From Verrucomicrobiales bacterium (lineage in GTDB: Bacteria; Verrucomicrobiota; Verrucomicrobiia; Verrucomicrobiales; V1-33), in the NCBI GenBank assembly GCA_031411295.1, contig JANOAV010000030.1, forward strand, positions 1-51,422: DNA of 51,422 nt. The letters run 5' to 3'. The notes beneath the pieces are model-generated. The model was given only the letters and a program-made list of their open reading frames with translations. It was not told the DNA's origin and ran no database searches. The position numbers and the translations under genes are program-made. Positions 19,141 through 29,527 of the stretch are shown piece after piece (the first letter of the stretch is position 1; the number at the start of each line of letters is the position of its first letter).

Positions 19141-19417
19141 CCGCTCCCGGGCAGACCTGCCCAAGGCCTGCCCGCTGGCGCGTAGCATGATGCGGTGCTC
19201 CAAGCCGCGAGCACGGCTGAATAAACGCCGCGTGGAATAATTCGTCTGGTGAACAGGGTTCAGCTTTGAGCCAACTTCAGTTTGACTATCACTGCAAAGC
19301 CCATGATTTATCGTGCGATCATGGATTAACGAAGAGACTGTGCAATAGTGCCGACCAAACACCAACCTTGGCCCCAAGTGCCAACCGAACTATCTGATTC
19401 ATCATTTCTCCTTCATA

Positions 19418-21820
19418 ATGAATCCTTCGCTCCCGCCAGACAGCCAGCTTTGGAATGGAACCCTTCATGGGCAATTCACCCGCACCGCAGAGCAGCATCC
19501 CCAGCGTCTGGCCGTAAAGGATCGTGGTGGTGACTGGACGTATCAGCAATTGGCCGAGCACTCCGATGCTTGGGGCAGGGCGTTCATTCACCAAATTGGA
19601 GGACCGGCAGGCTGTGTGGTGCTGATGTTGCCGAAAGGCAGGGAACTGCTGGCGGCCATGTTGGGAGTCTTGAAGGCAGGCGGCTATTTTGTTTGCGTTG
19701 AGGAAGGGTCTCCACCGGGGCACTGGCGCGCCCTGATGAATGACACCATGACTCCGGTGGTGTGTGCGGAACGGAAGGATGGGCTGGAGTTTGCTGGGAT
19801 CATAATCACTCAAGAGGTGGTTCGTCAGCATGGCGCGGCGGCGGTGGAATTCCCCCAGCGAGGCGGCGGTGATCGGTGTTTTATGATTCGGACATCCGGC
19901 ACCACCGGAAAGCCTGCCGCAGTCCTGGTGACCCACCGCAGCTGGCTCCAGACGGTGGCACGCCATGGAAGATTTCTGGCGCTAACACCTGGAGACAAAT
20001 TCGGCTGGTTGGCCAGTCCCTGGACCTCAGCCGGACTCTCATCTCCGTTCGCAGCCATGCTGCATGGCTGCTCCACGCATCCTTTTGATGTGCGCCAAGA
20101 GGGACTTGATGGCATGATTCGTTTCGTGCGCGATTCCGCAATCTCCATTCTCCACACGACCCCAACCCTGTTCCGCGCCCTGATGGGGCAGTTAGGAAAG
20201 GATGAGAAATTGTCCTCCGTGCGGGTGGTGCGTCTGGGCGGTGAATCAGCCTATGCCTCCGATTTTGAGCTTTTCCTGTGTCATTTCGGGTCCCAGGCAG
20301 TGTTTCTGAATGGTTATGGATCCAGCGAAGCGGGCTACGTTTCCTGCCATCAGGTGCCGAGGACAAATCGCCCGTCACCAGGACCGCTGCCGGTGGGGAT
20401 GGTTTATGCCGGCCACCAAGTAAGAATTTCGGACGAGGATGGGCGGGAGGTGCCTCATGGCCAAACGGGGGAGATCGTGGTTCGCAGCCGCTGGCTGCCG
20501 GAGGGATATCACAATGGGGGTGACCGCCGGGAAGCAAGTTTTCGAGCTGTGCCAAACGAACCGGACGTGCGTGATTACTGGACGGGTGATCTCGGGTATG
20601 TGACCGCTGAGGGCTGGTTAATGCATTGCGGGCGGAAGGATGATCAGGTGAAAGTGCTGGGCTTTCGCATTGACCCGACGGCGGTGGCGGAGGTGCTTCG
20701 TTCGCTTCCGGAGGTCAGGGAGGCCGTGGTCCTGCTCAATCAGGCAGGAACGCTCACCGCCTTCGTTGCCACCTCACGTTCGATTGGATCGTTGCGGCTG
20801 GAAGTGGGGCAACTGCTGCCTGCTCACCAAGTGCCTGCTCGTTGGCGGAGAGTGCCCCAACTGCCGCTCACTGCCAATGGTAAACCGGACCACCAGTCGC
20901 TGCTGGCGCTCCCACCGGAACCAGCCTTCCGGGTCCCCGCGCGCAGCTTGCTGGAAAGCTCCCTGGTGGCCATCTGGTGCGAGGTCTTAGATTGCGAGAC
21001 GGTTGGGATTTATGACGACTTTTTCGCCATGGGTGGCACCTCCTTGGACACGCTGAACGTCCTCGCCAGGATCAAGCAAGTTCTCAAGCGAACTGTCACT
21101 CCCGTCCTGCTCATGGAGCGCCCCACCATCGCGCAACTGGCGGAGGTGCTCGACGAACAACTCCGCCACCAGCCGCAAAAAAGACTTGTCGCGCTCCGCC
21201 TGGAGGGGCATGGCCCGCCAGTCTTCTTTTTCCCCGGTGGTTGGGCTGGCGAAAATGAGTTACTGGTCTTCGCTGCCCTAATCCCGTATCTTCCGCAGCA
21301 CCTGCCGATTTACGGACTGCTTCAGCCGTGGATGGCTGCAGAGGCCATGGATTCGGCAAGCTCTGCAGCATGGGCTCCACACGTGGCAGCCCAGATCAGC
21401 CAAATCTGTGGTGACCGACCATGCATTTTGGTGGGCGAGTGCATCGCCAGCGCGGCGGCAGTGGAAGTTGCGCGGCTGTTGCGGGACCGCGTTTCCTCCC
21501 TCGTGCTGCTGGACCCCACAGAAGTGGACGTTAATGGCGCAAACGAAACCAGCCTTCCTCCCTCAGTGCAAAGTTATCGCTTGGCTCTGCGTTCCATCTT
21601 ACTGCGCCCACCCGGCCCCCCAGTGCACCTCATTGGCTGCCAGGACGAAGCGGGCGCAACTGAGCGACTGCTCGCATGGAGGATGAAACTAGGAGCCAGT
21701 TCTGTCTCCCGCGTCCCCGGTGACCACGATACCTACATCCGTCGCTTTGGTCCCCTGACGGCCCAGAAACTGAACACCATTCTCCGAGCATCCCCAGGCT
21801 GGACTAGCAGAACTAAATAG
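19418..21820 (+). CDS. Stand-alone NRPS-like enzyme: adenylation, carrier (PCP) and thioesterase domains
   Basis: A domain: RTSGTTGKP, NGYGSSE, YWTGDLG, GRKDDQVK, PLTANGK. PCP: DDFFAMGGTSL. TE: FFPGGWAG, LVGECIA, LLD, VPGDH. Confidence 0.9.
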   Translation: MNPSLPPDSQLWNGTLHGQFTRTAEQHPQRLAVKDRGGDWTYQQLAEHSDAWGRAFIHQIGGPAGCVVLMLPKGRELLAAMLGVLKAGGYFVCVEEGSPPGHWRALMNDTMTPVVCAERKDGLEFAGIIITQEVVRQHGAAAVEFPQRGGGDRCFMIRTSGTTGKPAAVLVTHRSWLQTVARHGRFLALTPGDKFGWLASPWTSAGLSSPFAAMLHGCSTHPFDVRQEGLDGMIRFVRDSAISILHTTPTLFRALMGQLGKDEKLSSVRVVRLGGESAYASDFELFLCHFGSQAVFLNGYGSSEAGYVSCHQVPRTNRPSPGPLPVGMVYAGHQVRISDEDGREVPHGQTGEIVVRSRWLPEGYHNGGDRREASFRAVPNEPDVRDYWTGDLGYVTAEGWLMHCGRKDDQVKVLGFRIDPTAVAEVLRSLPEVREAVVLLNQAGTLTAFVATSRSIGSLRLEVGQLLPAHQVPARWRRVPQLPLTANGKPDHQSLLALPPEPAFRVPARSLLESSLVAIWCEVLDCETVGIYDDFFAMGGTSLDTLNVLARIKQVLKRTVTPVLLMERPTIAQLAEVLDEQLRHQPQKRLVALRLEGHGPPVFFFPGGWAGENELLVFAALIPYLPQHLPIYGLLQPWMAAEAMDSASSAAWAPHVAAQISQICGDRPCILVGECIASAAAVEVARLLRDRVSSLVLLDPTEVDVNGANETSLPPSVQSYRLALRSILLRPPGPPVHLIGCQDEAGATERLLAWRMKLGASSVSRVPGDHDTYIRRFGPLTAQKLNTILRASPGWTSRTK

Positions 21821-21938
21821 CATCATTATTTTGTTATTCTACCTATTGCGGAACTTGTGTTTTCAAGGGATGGCCACAATTAATGATTTGCGCCAGGGAC
21901 TTGAGCAACTATGATCGGTTGGTTTCTTTCGATACTCT

Positions 21939-23681
21939 ATGAATGCACCTAATTCAGCTTATGACTCTGCCGCGAATGCGACTCCCTCCGTGGTGACAAA
22001 TCCACGAATTTCCGAGCGCTCGGTCACTGCATTTGTGCGCAAAGCCTTTGGCTGGTTGTTGCTGGGAATCGTGGTGGCGCCGCTGATTGGCAAACTCGTG
22101 ATGACCCACAATGCGGATATCGTCCCGGGCAAGGAGGTGTTCCCTTACACGAAGGACTCCAAGGGCAAGCCGAACCCCGGTGTGGTGGGCGCATGGTCGC
22201 AAGGAACCGCTCCCGCCACGGCTCAGGACAGCGCGCATGTGAACCCCGGTGAGCCCATCGTGGTGCGCACCTTCGACCTTGATGGCTGGGTGCTCAACCT
22301 CCTGTCAAATGGGCGACTGACGCCCTTACTGGATAAGGAATCCGCACCCGCACTGGAGAAATGGGCGCAAACTTTGCTGGCCCCCAAGGACCCGAAACCA
22401 CCCGTCCCGCCGGCCAAACCAACGGGGGCAGCCGAGACTCCGGTAGCAGTGGTTGAACCTACTGCGGGAACCCCTGCAATCCCTACCCTACCTGCGGCTC
22501 CCGCAGCGCTCCCACGCGTGGAACCAACGTTCACTGACGCCATTCTCCGGGATAAATTCAACCGCCTCTTTATCGAAATCCGGATGGGTCTAAATTTGAG
22601 CATCAACGATCAGATCATCACTGGATTAACGGCATTGAATGCCTCGGAGAGCCGCTCTCTACGGGATGAACCAGGGGATCGCTGGGATGACTTCGTCTTT
22701 CGGCTGCGCCCGGACGATCCGGTGCAGCGCAAAATTTTCCAGGACTTGGCCCGGGGGAGTGGCCTAACGGAAAAGATCCGCCTCAGTCTATGCTTCACCT
22801 CGGACAAGGGGAACTCTACGCGGCTGATTGTTCCTTCGGTCTTGGAACCCGGAGCGGCGTTACCCAGCCAGCAAACGAAGGTTTCCTTTGCTCCTGGCTG
22901 GAAAATTTGGTTCATGGTGTTCTATGGCCTGGCCTTGGCGGCAGGCATGGCGTTGCTGGGATTACAGTCGAACATGCTGCGCGCCCTGCAAAGCCGCCGT
23001 CGTCCCAATGGAAAGCATCAACTTAGTTTGAGTCACGTGCAGTTGGCCATTTGGTTTATCGTGGTCTTCGGCTCGTATATTTATCTCTGGGTGATTACGG
23101 GTGATCTCGATACGTTATCCACCAGTGGACTTTATTTCGTGGGGATTGCCATTGTCACCACGATGGGCTCCACCGCCATCCAAGGCATGTCCACGGCTGA
23201 TAAGGAGGTGGCGGCATATAATAATATGTTGGCCCCCCGGTTAGAGATGGACCGGGTAACCATTGTGAGCCTGGTGGATCAGGCCGAGGCCGCTGCGCGC
23301 CAACGCTGGGAGGAACTCAGGCAGTCCGGGCTTTCCAGTGCAGAGCAACTCAACCATGATGCGTTCCGAAATTGGGATGATTTGCGACGGCAAAAGGATT
23401 ATTTGGCGACGCCTCTGATTTACCGCTGGCTGGTGGACCTGCTGAGTGAGAATGGGGAGGTCACGCTGCATCGTTTCCAGATGTTAGCGTGGACTCTCGG
23501 ATTGGCTTTCATCTTTTGTGTGCGGGTCTTCTCGGATTTAACCATGCCCACGTTCCCGGGAGAGGTCTTGGGACTCATGGGAATCAGCGCTGGCACTTAT
23601 CTTGGATTCCGCGTGCCGGAAGCCGGGAAGATCAAGGATTCCTTGGCCAGCCCAGAGAGTCTCGGCAAATTGAGCAACTAA
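21939..23681 (+). CDS. Multi-pass membrane protein with paired SLSxxQxxxW / LHRFQMxxWT helical motifs
   Basis: N-terminal TM, a large Pro-rich extracytoplasmic part, then LSLSHVQLAIWF and VTLHRFQMLAWT...LMGISAGTYLGF. Confidence 0.75.
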   Translation: MNAPNSAYDSAANATPSVVTNPRISERSVTAFVRKAFGWLLLGIVVAPLIGKLVMTHNADIVPGKEVFPYTKDSKGKPNPGVVGAWSQGTAPATAQDSAHVNPGEPIVVRTFDLDGWVLNLLSNGRLTPLLDKESAPALEKWAQTLLAPKDPKPPVPPAKPTGAAETPVAVVEPTAGTPAIPTLPAAPAALPRVEPTFTDAILRDKFNRLFIEIRMGLNLSINDQIITGLTALNASESRSLRDEPGDRWDDFVFRLRPDDPVQRKIFQDLARGSGLTEKIRLSLCFTSDKGNSTRLIVPSVLEPGAALPSQQTKVSFAPGWKIWFMVFYGLALAAGMALLGLQSNMLRALQSRRRPNGKHQLSLSHVQLAIWFIVVFGSYIYLWVITGDLDTLSTSGLYFVGIAIVTTMGSTAIQGMSTADKEVAAYNNMLAPRLEMDRVTIVSLVDQAEAAARQRWEELRQSGLSSAEQLNHDAFRNWDDLRRQKDYLATPLIYRWLVDLLSENGEVTLHRFQMLAWTLGLAFIFCVRVFSDLTMPTFPGEVLGLMGISAGTYLGFRVPEAGKIKDSLASPESLGKLSN

Positions 23682-23694
23682 ACTCCGGCATCCC

Positions 23695-24954
23695 ATGAGC
23701 TATACCAAACACCTCAAAACCTGCCGCAAGCATTCACCGGATATCCACGGATACTGCGGTCCTGCCAGCATGATGACGTGCCTGGAGGGCATGGGGATGG
23801 ACGTTACGGCAGTGCGGCAGTCCGATTTGTATCAGCTAGCCCGTGGCAAGGACGGGGAGGCGCAACGCTACTGGCATAGCGCCCCCAATTTGCTCGTCGG
23901 AGCGATGAATCAACGGTGGCCCGGCATGCCGAAACAGGTGGAATATGTCCTGGCGGTCACGAAGAATCCCCGGGAATTGGACCTGGCCATGGCGGCCGGC
24001 ATCGAACTCTATAATGCTCCCTCCATTGCCCTGGTTCAGGGAGGCGGGCATTGGATCAGCGTGGTGGGCTACTGCGCGGAGAATTCGGTCATCAGCCCTA
24101 CGGATGAAGACGGACGGGTCATCGCGATGGAATCCATCAACTGTGGCAAGCCGCTCAATGAGGAGGAGGCCCCGGATCAAGTGGCCCCCCCCATCCAGCA
24201 TGGGGGCAAGGATAAATGTGGCAAGGGCTCGCAGGAACCAATGGTTAGCTTCACCCCGTTGCTGGACTGGGAATCACAAGATGGCTGGATGTCCCGGGTG
24301 AGCGTGGATGGAAAATGGGAGGGACATCGCGTGGCGATTGTCCCCAAAGCAACCGGAGCGCATCTGGAACGCAAATTGCCCAAGTCCTTCGGCGGGGATC
24401 GGGCCACCGGTAAGGACGCCAGACTGGCGGGCGGAGAATCCATGGCGCTCGGCGCGCCCTCCAGCATTATCACTCCCAAGGAGGCGCAGGACCGCGTGCG
24501 GAAGGCGGTGGCGGACTCCAAGTTACACCTGCGGGAACCGTGGGCCCACCATTTGGGGAAGGGCGATTTTAAAGCAATGCCCGTCCCTGGAGAACCGGTC
24601 TTTGTGCATCACGCGGACGCCGAGCACAAGGCTTATTACATCGTTCCGTTGATCGGTTCCCGCGTGGCGGCCACCGTCCAGGCGAGCACGGGCCACGTTC
24701 TGGAGTTCGGTCTTTTTCCCAAAATTCCCACCTTCAAACCCTGGTGCCCCAAAGCAACGCAACGGGCGATCAAGCAAGCGGCCATCGCCAAGGGACTTCC
24801 CTTCGTCAAGCCAAGCTTGGAAGATCTCCATCCCGGCTTTGTCTGGAAACGTCGCGGCTTGGTTTACTCAAAATTTACGCCCCTCTGGGCGTTTCGTCGG
24901 GAAGACCAACTGTGGGGTGTGAATCCAGCAGGACACCTTCGTAAATTATCATGA
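23695..24954 (+). CDS. Papain-fold cysteine protease (C39-like)
   Basis: GYCGPASMMTCL (catalytic Cys) and GGHWISVVGY (catalytic His). ATGA overlap with the kinase gene. Confidence 0.7.
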   Translation: MSYTKHLKTCRKHSPDIHGYCGPASMMTCLEGMGMDVTAVRQSDLYQLARGKDGEAQRYWHSAPNLLVGAMNQRWPGMPKQVEYVLAVTKNPRELDLAMAAGIELYNAPSIALVQGGGHWISVVGYCAENSVISPTDEDGRVIAMESINCGKPLNEEEAPDQVAPPIQHGGKDKCGKGSQEPMVSFTPLLDWESQDGWMSRVSVDGKWEGHRVAIVPKATGAHLERKLPKSFGGDRATGKDARLAGGESMALGAPSSIITPKEAQDRVRKAVADSKLHLREPWAHHLGKGDFKAMPVPGEPVFVHHADAEHKAYYIVPLIGSRVAATVQASTGHVLEFGLFPKIPTFKPWCPKATQRAIKQAAIAKGLPFVKPSLEDLHPGFVWKRRGLVYSKFTPLWAFRREDQLWGVNPAGHLRKLS

Positions 24955-27900
24955 GTCTAACTGGAATCCACAACTTCTCCGAATGCCCGCAATGTCACGC
25001 TCCGCTGGCAAGTAACGCAGGTGACTGTTCCCGCTGCCTCTGGAGTTCACTCAACGGGGACCATTTGGAGGATAGTCAAAGCAATGCCGCGACCATGGCT
25101 CCGCTGGAGCGGCCCAAGTCCGCGGCTCCGTCGTTGGTGGGCCAGAACATTGGTGGTTATGTGCTGATTGAGCAAATCGGCCAGGGCGGCATGGGCGTGG
25201 TCTGGAAGGCCCGCCAAGTGACGCCAACCCGTGAGGTAGCCATCAAAATGATGAAAGGTGCCGCAGCCGAATCTGGAGAATTCCGGGCGCGATTCGAGTT
25301 GGAAGCTCGCGCCCTGGCCGTGCTGGATCACCCATCCATCCTGCCCCTCTTTGGCTATGGGGAGGAAGCGGGCATGGCTTGGTTCACCATGAAACTTGCG
25401 AGCGGTGGCAACCTGGCCCTGCGGCGTAAATCCTACACGGGGAAATGGCGTGAGTCCGCCGAACTGATTCGCAAACTGGCCGGAGCGCTGCAATACGCCC
25501 ATGATCGTGGCGTCCTGCATCGCGATATGAAACCAGCCAATGTGCTTTTCGATGACAAAGGTGAACCTTACATTGCTGACTTCGGGCTCGCCAAGCTCGT
25601 GGGGGAAACAAGCGTGCTGGATGGCTCCCTGGCCGTGTTAGGCACCCCCGCTTACATGGCCCCCGAAATTGCCGCAGCAGATGCCAGGGCCGCCACCACC
25701 TCCAGTGACGTTTACGGCCTGGGTGCCACCTTCTACGAACTCCTAGCAGGTCGCCCTCCCTATGCTGCGAAATCCCTGCATGACATGCTGCAGGAGATCA
25801 CTTCCACTGATCCGGTCCCGCCATCACGCCAAAGTTTACTGGCCAATACTCACTTGCCCGCGGTGCCGCGCGATCTGGATGTCATCTGCATGAAGTGCCT
25901 GGCCCGGGATCCCGCCAAACGTTACGAAAGCGCGCGCGATCTGGCCGAAGATCTGGAACGCTGGCTGGACGGTCGCCCCATTGCCGCCCGGCAGATCAGC
26001 CGGACCGAACGCGCGTGGGCCTGGGCTTGTCGGAATCCCGTCGTCGCCGCGCTCTCTTCCGCCTTGCTGCTGGCCCTGCTGGCGGGGGGATCGATGTTGT
26101 TTGTCAAAAATCGCGAACTTTCCACCGCTTTGACATCTGCTAGTGAAGCCCGTGACGATGCGGAAGAGCGCATTGAATTCATGACCCGGAATCTGGGTGG
26201 AAAAATGCAAAGTTTCGGCCAACTCACCCTGCTAAACGACGTCTTTGCCGATGTCGCACGTTACTACGATACCCGCCCAGCGGATGCTTCCGATGCCAAC
26301 GCCATCGAGCGTCGCATCACCTTTCTGCTCAAAGCAGGTGAGGTGTTGATGCCCCAGGGAAAACTTGATGCCGCACTGGTGAAATTTAACGAAGCAATCC
26401 ATCAGGCAGAAACCGCCGCCCAGCACCATCCTCAGAATAACCGTTTCCGCGTTCTGCAATTGGACGGCCACCGCTTGGCAGGCCAGGCCATCATGGAGAA
26501 CCAGGGAGCAGTCGAGGCCATGAAGGTGTTGCAACGCGGGTTGGACCGTTTCCCCAACCCCAAGGAATCCAGTGAGACGGCAGCCCGGGCCGCACTACTA
26601 ACCGTAGCCGCCAGATCCACTTCGCACCTGGCCTCACAAGCCGAGGCCAGAGAGGATCCTAACTCCGCGCCAGCCATCGCGTCCGTGCGCTTGGCGGAGG
26701 AAGCCGTCGAACTCTGTCGGAGCCTGGTGAAAATGGCCGACACTCCTGACAACCAAGCCACCCTGGCCACCGCCTTGGAAGGCTTGGGGGTGGTGCTGAA
26801 GGAATCCGCCGATCGCCACAAGAAACAGAAAAGCCCCAGCGAGATTCCCTCGCAAGAGTTTGCTCGTGCTCTGGCCGCATTCCAGGAGATGCGTGACCTC
26901 TATGCCGCCGCCAGTAAGACCGTGGAGGAGAATCTCCCCTGGCAACGCCGGGTAGGCGAGGCAGAAAATTGGCTAGCCTCCATCCATCGGCGGCAGGGAA
27001 ATTTCCCTGAGGCCAAGGCCCATCTGGCGAAGCAACGCGCCATCATGGAGCCATTGCTAGCCGCTGAACCACTCAATGGTGATTGGCAAATCGCCCTGGT
27101 CCTCAATGCCTGGGCGGAAGGGGAGATCGCCAAAGCGGAGGCTAATGATGAGGCCCATAGTCAATGGATCGAGAAGCAAGTCGAAATCTCCACTCGCCTC
27201 ACGAATCAGAACCCATCCGTGCGCATGTGGTGGGTGCACCATCAACTGGGCTTAATCGACCTGCGCGATGACCTCGCATCGACCGATCCCGAGCGGGCTT
27301 CGTCGGCACGGCGTCGCTCCGCAGAAGCCGCCTTGCGGGCCAATGAGCTGCAAGCGACCCCGGACGAATTCAAAACCATGATCTACTTGATCAAACAGAC
27401 GATTCGCGACTTGGAAGAAAACTCCTCCGAGTCGGAAAAGATCGCCTTTACCGAGCGCGTAGTCACACGTTTCCTGCGCACTGCCGACAACCCAGAAACC
27501 AAGCAGCCCGAAGCCTGGCTGGAGGGGGCGGTGCTCTTGCAGATGAAATTAGCCATGTGGCAGCGGACGGCGGGGGACAACTCCGCCGCCGATGACGCTG
27601 AAGCCGCCGCCTGGACCAATTGCTTCAAAGTCCTAACCCAATCAAAAACGGTTGATAGCGTGATCGGCTTGATCAAAGAAGCGGTTCGTGAACGGGAGAA
27701 AAACTCCTCCGAGCCGGAAACAATTGCCTTTACCGAGCGCGTAGTCACACGTTTCCTGCGCACTGCCGACAACCCAGAAACCAAGCAGCCCGAAGCCTGG
27801 CTGGAGGAAGCGATGCTCTTGCAGATGAAGTTAGCCATGTGGCAGCGGACGGCTGGCGACACCCCCGCGGCCGATGCTGCTGTAGCCGCCGCCTGGACCA

Positions 27901-28274
27901 CCTGGCGGAAAATCTTAACCAAACCAACAGCCGTTGAGAGCGCAGCTGGTGCGGTCCGCAGCCAAGCCCGCAGGCAAGTCGAGGCCGCCATCGCAGCGGG
28001 TGATGGGGAGCAAGCGCTGGCAGCAACTGGAAGGTGGCTGGAGTTCACCAGCGATCTGGCCGCCAACCCGGTGCCCGGTTGGCGTGCCGGTTGGTTGCGC
28101 CTCATCGGAGACGTTGGCAAAAACATCCAAGCCAACCTCTCCACCAGCTTCCCTCAGGCCAAAGAGTTTTGCCAGGCGTGGCTGGGCAAGCTCACCAGCG
28201 CCAGTCCGGCCATCTCGTTCAACAAAGAGGAACAGGAGGCCATGGAACGAATTCAAAAGCTGCTGGGCCAATGA
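24951..28274 (+). CDS. Hanks-type Ser/Thr protein kinase with TM segment and TPR-like C-terminal domain
   Basis: N-terminal CxxC..CxxC, IGQGGMGVV, VAIK, HRDMKPAN, DFGLAK, GTPAYMAPE, SDVYGLG, then RNP-TM and helical repeats. Confidence 0.95.
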   Translation: MSLTGIHNFSECPQCHAPLASNAGDCSRCLWSSLNGDHLEDSQSNAATMAPLERPKSAAPSLVGQNIGGYVLIEQIGQGGMGVVWKARQVTPTREVAIKMMKGAAAESGEFRARFELEARALAVLDHPSILPLFGYGEEAGMAWFTMKLASGGNLALRRKSYTGKWRESAELIRKLAGALQYAHDRGVLHRDMKPANVLFDDKGEPYIADFGLAKLVGETSVLDGSLAVLGTPAYMAPEIAAADARAATTSSDVYGLGATFYELLAGRPPYAAKSLHDMLQEITSTDPVPPSRQSLLANTHLPAVPRDLDVICMKCLARDPAKRYESARDLAEDLERWLDGRPIAARQISRTERAWAWACRNPVVAALSSALLLALLAGGSMLFVKNRELSTALTSASEARDDAEERIEFMTRNLGGKMQSFGQLTLLNDVFADVARYYDTRPADASDANAIERRITFLLKAGEVLMPQGKLDAALVKFNEAIHQAETAAQHHPQNNRFRVLQLDGHRLAGQAIMENQGAVEAMKVLQRGLDRFPNPKESSETAARAALLTVAARSTSHLASQAEAREDPNSAPAIASVRLAEEAVELCRSLVKMADTPDNQATLATALEGLGVVLKESADRHKKQKSPSEIPSQEFARALAAFQEMRDLYAAASKTVEENLPWQRRVGEAENWLASIHRRQGNFPEAKAHLAKQRAIMEPLLAAEPLNGDWQIALVLNAWAEGEIAKAEANDEAHSQWIEKQVEISTRLTNQNPSVRMWWVHHQLGLIDLRDDLASTDPERASSARRRSAEAALRANELQATPDEFKTMIYLIKQTIRDLEENSSESEKIAFTERVVTRFLRTADNPETKQPEAWLEGAVLLQMKLAMWQRTAGDNSAADDAEAAAWTNCFKVLTQSKTVDSVIGLIKEAVREREKNSSEPETIAFTERVVTRFLRTADNPETKQPEAWLEEAMLLQMKLAMWQRTAGDTPAADAAVAAAWTTWRKILTKPTAVESAAGAVRSQARRQVEAAIAAGDGEQALAATGRWLEFTSDLAANPVPGWRAGWLRLIGDVGKNIQANLSTSFPQAKEFCQAWLGKLTSASPAISFNKEEQEAMERIQKLLGQ
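27386..27940 (+). repeat. 282-bp (94-aa) tandem duplication inside the kinase gene
   Basis: CTTGATCAAA at 27386 and 27668; AACTCCTCCGAG at 27420 and 27702. The peptide IAFTERVVTRFLRTADNPETKQPEAWLE occurs twice. Confidence 0.95.
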
Positions 28275-29405
28275 TCACTTTCCTTTGAACAACAAATCCC
28301 ACCAGCCACGATGCATCTCTGCATTATTCAGCACCTCCGCCGCATGGTGGCGGGCCCCTCGGGAGACCTTGGCGCAGAGCGCAGGATCCTTTTCCAACAT
28401 CCGCGCATAGCGCCCGAATTCAGCGCGACTGGAACATAAAAATCCCGCTTTACCATGTGGCACCAGTTGATCGAAATGGTGCCCACCGCCCCGTGGCACA
28501 ATGGGAATAGCGCCTGTTAGCATCGCTTCCACCACCACTCGACCCCAGCTCTCCCGAAAGTCACCGGAAAGATCGTAAACAAAGAGATCCAGCGTTTGCA
28601 GAAAATCCACCGACGGCATCGCCTGCGCCTCCATCAGAGTCCAGCGGTCATCGTAATGATGCTGCGGCCAACGCCCTGCAACCTGCGCACTCCAACCCAT
28701 GACCGAGAACCGAGCCCGCTTCAGGCCCAAGCCCTCATAAGAGGTGGGGAAGTCCTCTGGAAATTTAGCGGGATCAGGCCGGGAAAGCCGCCCCACCACG
28801 ATGGGCTCGCGTGACGATCGCTGCCGCCACCGATCCACAAAAGGAAACGCCGCAGGGTCAATGTAGTTTCCGGTATTGACCCAGCGCAACTTAGCCTTGG
28901 GCGAGTGGGGAGAGGCGATACTGCCACTGACCGTATTGGGGGAGTCCAGTGGGGCGGTGGGGGGAACTTGCAGACCAGTCCACGCGTGCCGGTAGAGTGG
29001 TTCCAGTGCCAGACGCTGCACTTCGGATACATATATAACATGATCCAGGGTGCCAGCCATGATCAGCCCCAATTCACCCACAATATGCCACATCATATCG
29101 TTGGACCAGGCGAACTTCAGACCCCGATCCCGTAATTGATCAATCCGCCCCTCCGCCAGCATCCAACCGTTGCAGAAAGTCAGACCCCACCCATTCATCT
29201 TTGGCGGCAAGGTGTCCCACGTGAGCACTCCTACCCCGAATTCCTTTAGCCACTCCTTCCAATACGGCTCCTCCATGCGGCTGGTTTCATTTTCATTCGG
29301 GATCACCGTAACCTTATAATGCCGATGCAACAGGCGGATCACATGCACCAATTTCGTATCCGCTCCACCAAGAAAAGAGGGCCATCCAAAAAAATAAAGA
29401 TTCAT
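28275..29405 (-). CDS. Glycosyltransferase family 4 (GT-B)
   Basis: GGADTK N-terminal motif, VVGRLSRPD, and ESWGRVVVEAMLTGAIPI (E-x7-E motif). Confidence 0.85.
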   Translation of the reverse strand: MNLYFFGWPSFLGGADTKLVHVIRLLHRHYKVTVIPNENETSRMEEPYWKEWLKEFGVGVLTWDTLPPKMNGWGLTFCNGWMLAEGRIDQLRDRGLKFAWSNDMMWHIVGELGLIMAGTLDHVIYVSEVQRLALEPLYRHAWTGLQVPPTAPLDSPNTVSGSIASPHSPKAKLRWVNTGNYIDPAAFPFVDRWRQRSSREPIVVGRLSRPDPAKFPEDFPTSYEGLGLKRARFSVMGWSAQVAGRWPQHHYDDRWTLMEAQAMPSVDFLQTLDLFVYDLSGDFRESWGRVVVEAMLTGAIPIVPRGGGHHFDQLVPHGKAGFLCSSRAEFGRYARMLEKDPALCAKVSRGARHHAAEVLNNAEMHRGWWDLLFKGK

Positions 29406-29527
29406 TGCTGTAATTTCATAATCTAGTGCTATATCCGTGCCTGCGCTGGTTTGCTTACGCTCGTTCAGTAACGGCGGTCAACGCAAATCTTTAGCTAGTA
29501 AAACATAACCTAAATCCATTCTGACAT

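Noticed and set aside
27386..27940. Template/variable repeat pair of a diversity-generating retroelement
   Set aside because: Mismatches are not adenine-specific, both copies are in frame within one gene, and no reverse transcriptase is present.
27383..28144. Long antisense ORFs (this one, 9333..10022, 13824..14609 and similar)
   Set aside because: Shadow frames of well-supported genes in GC-rich DNA.
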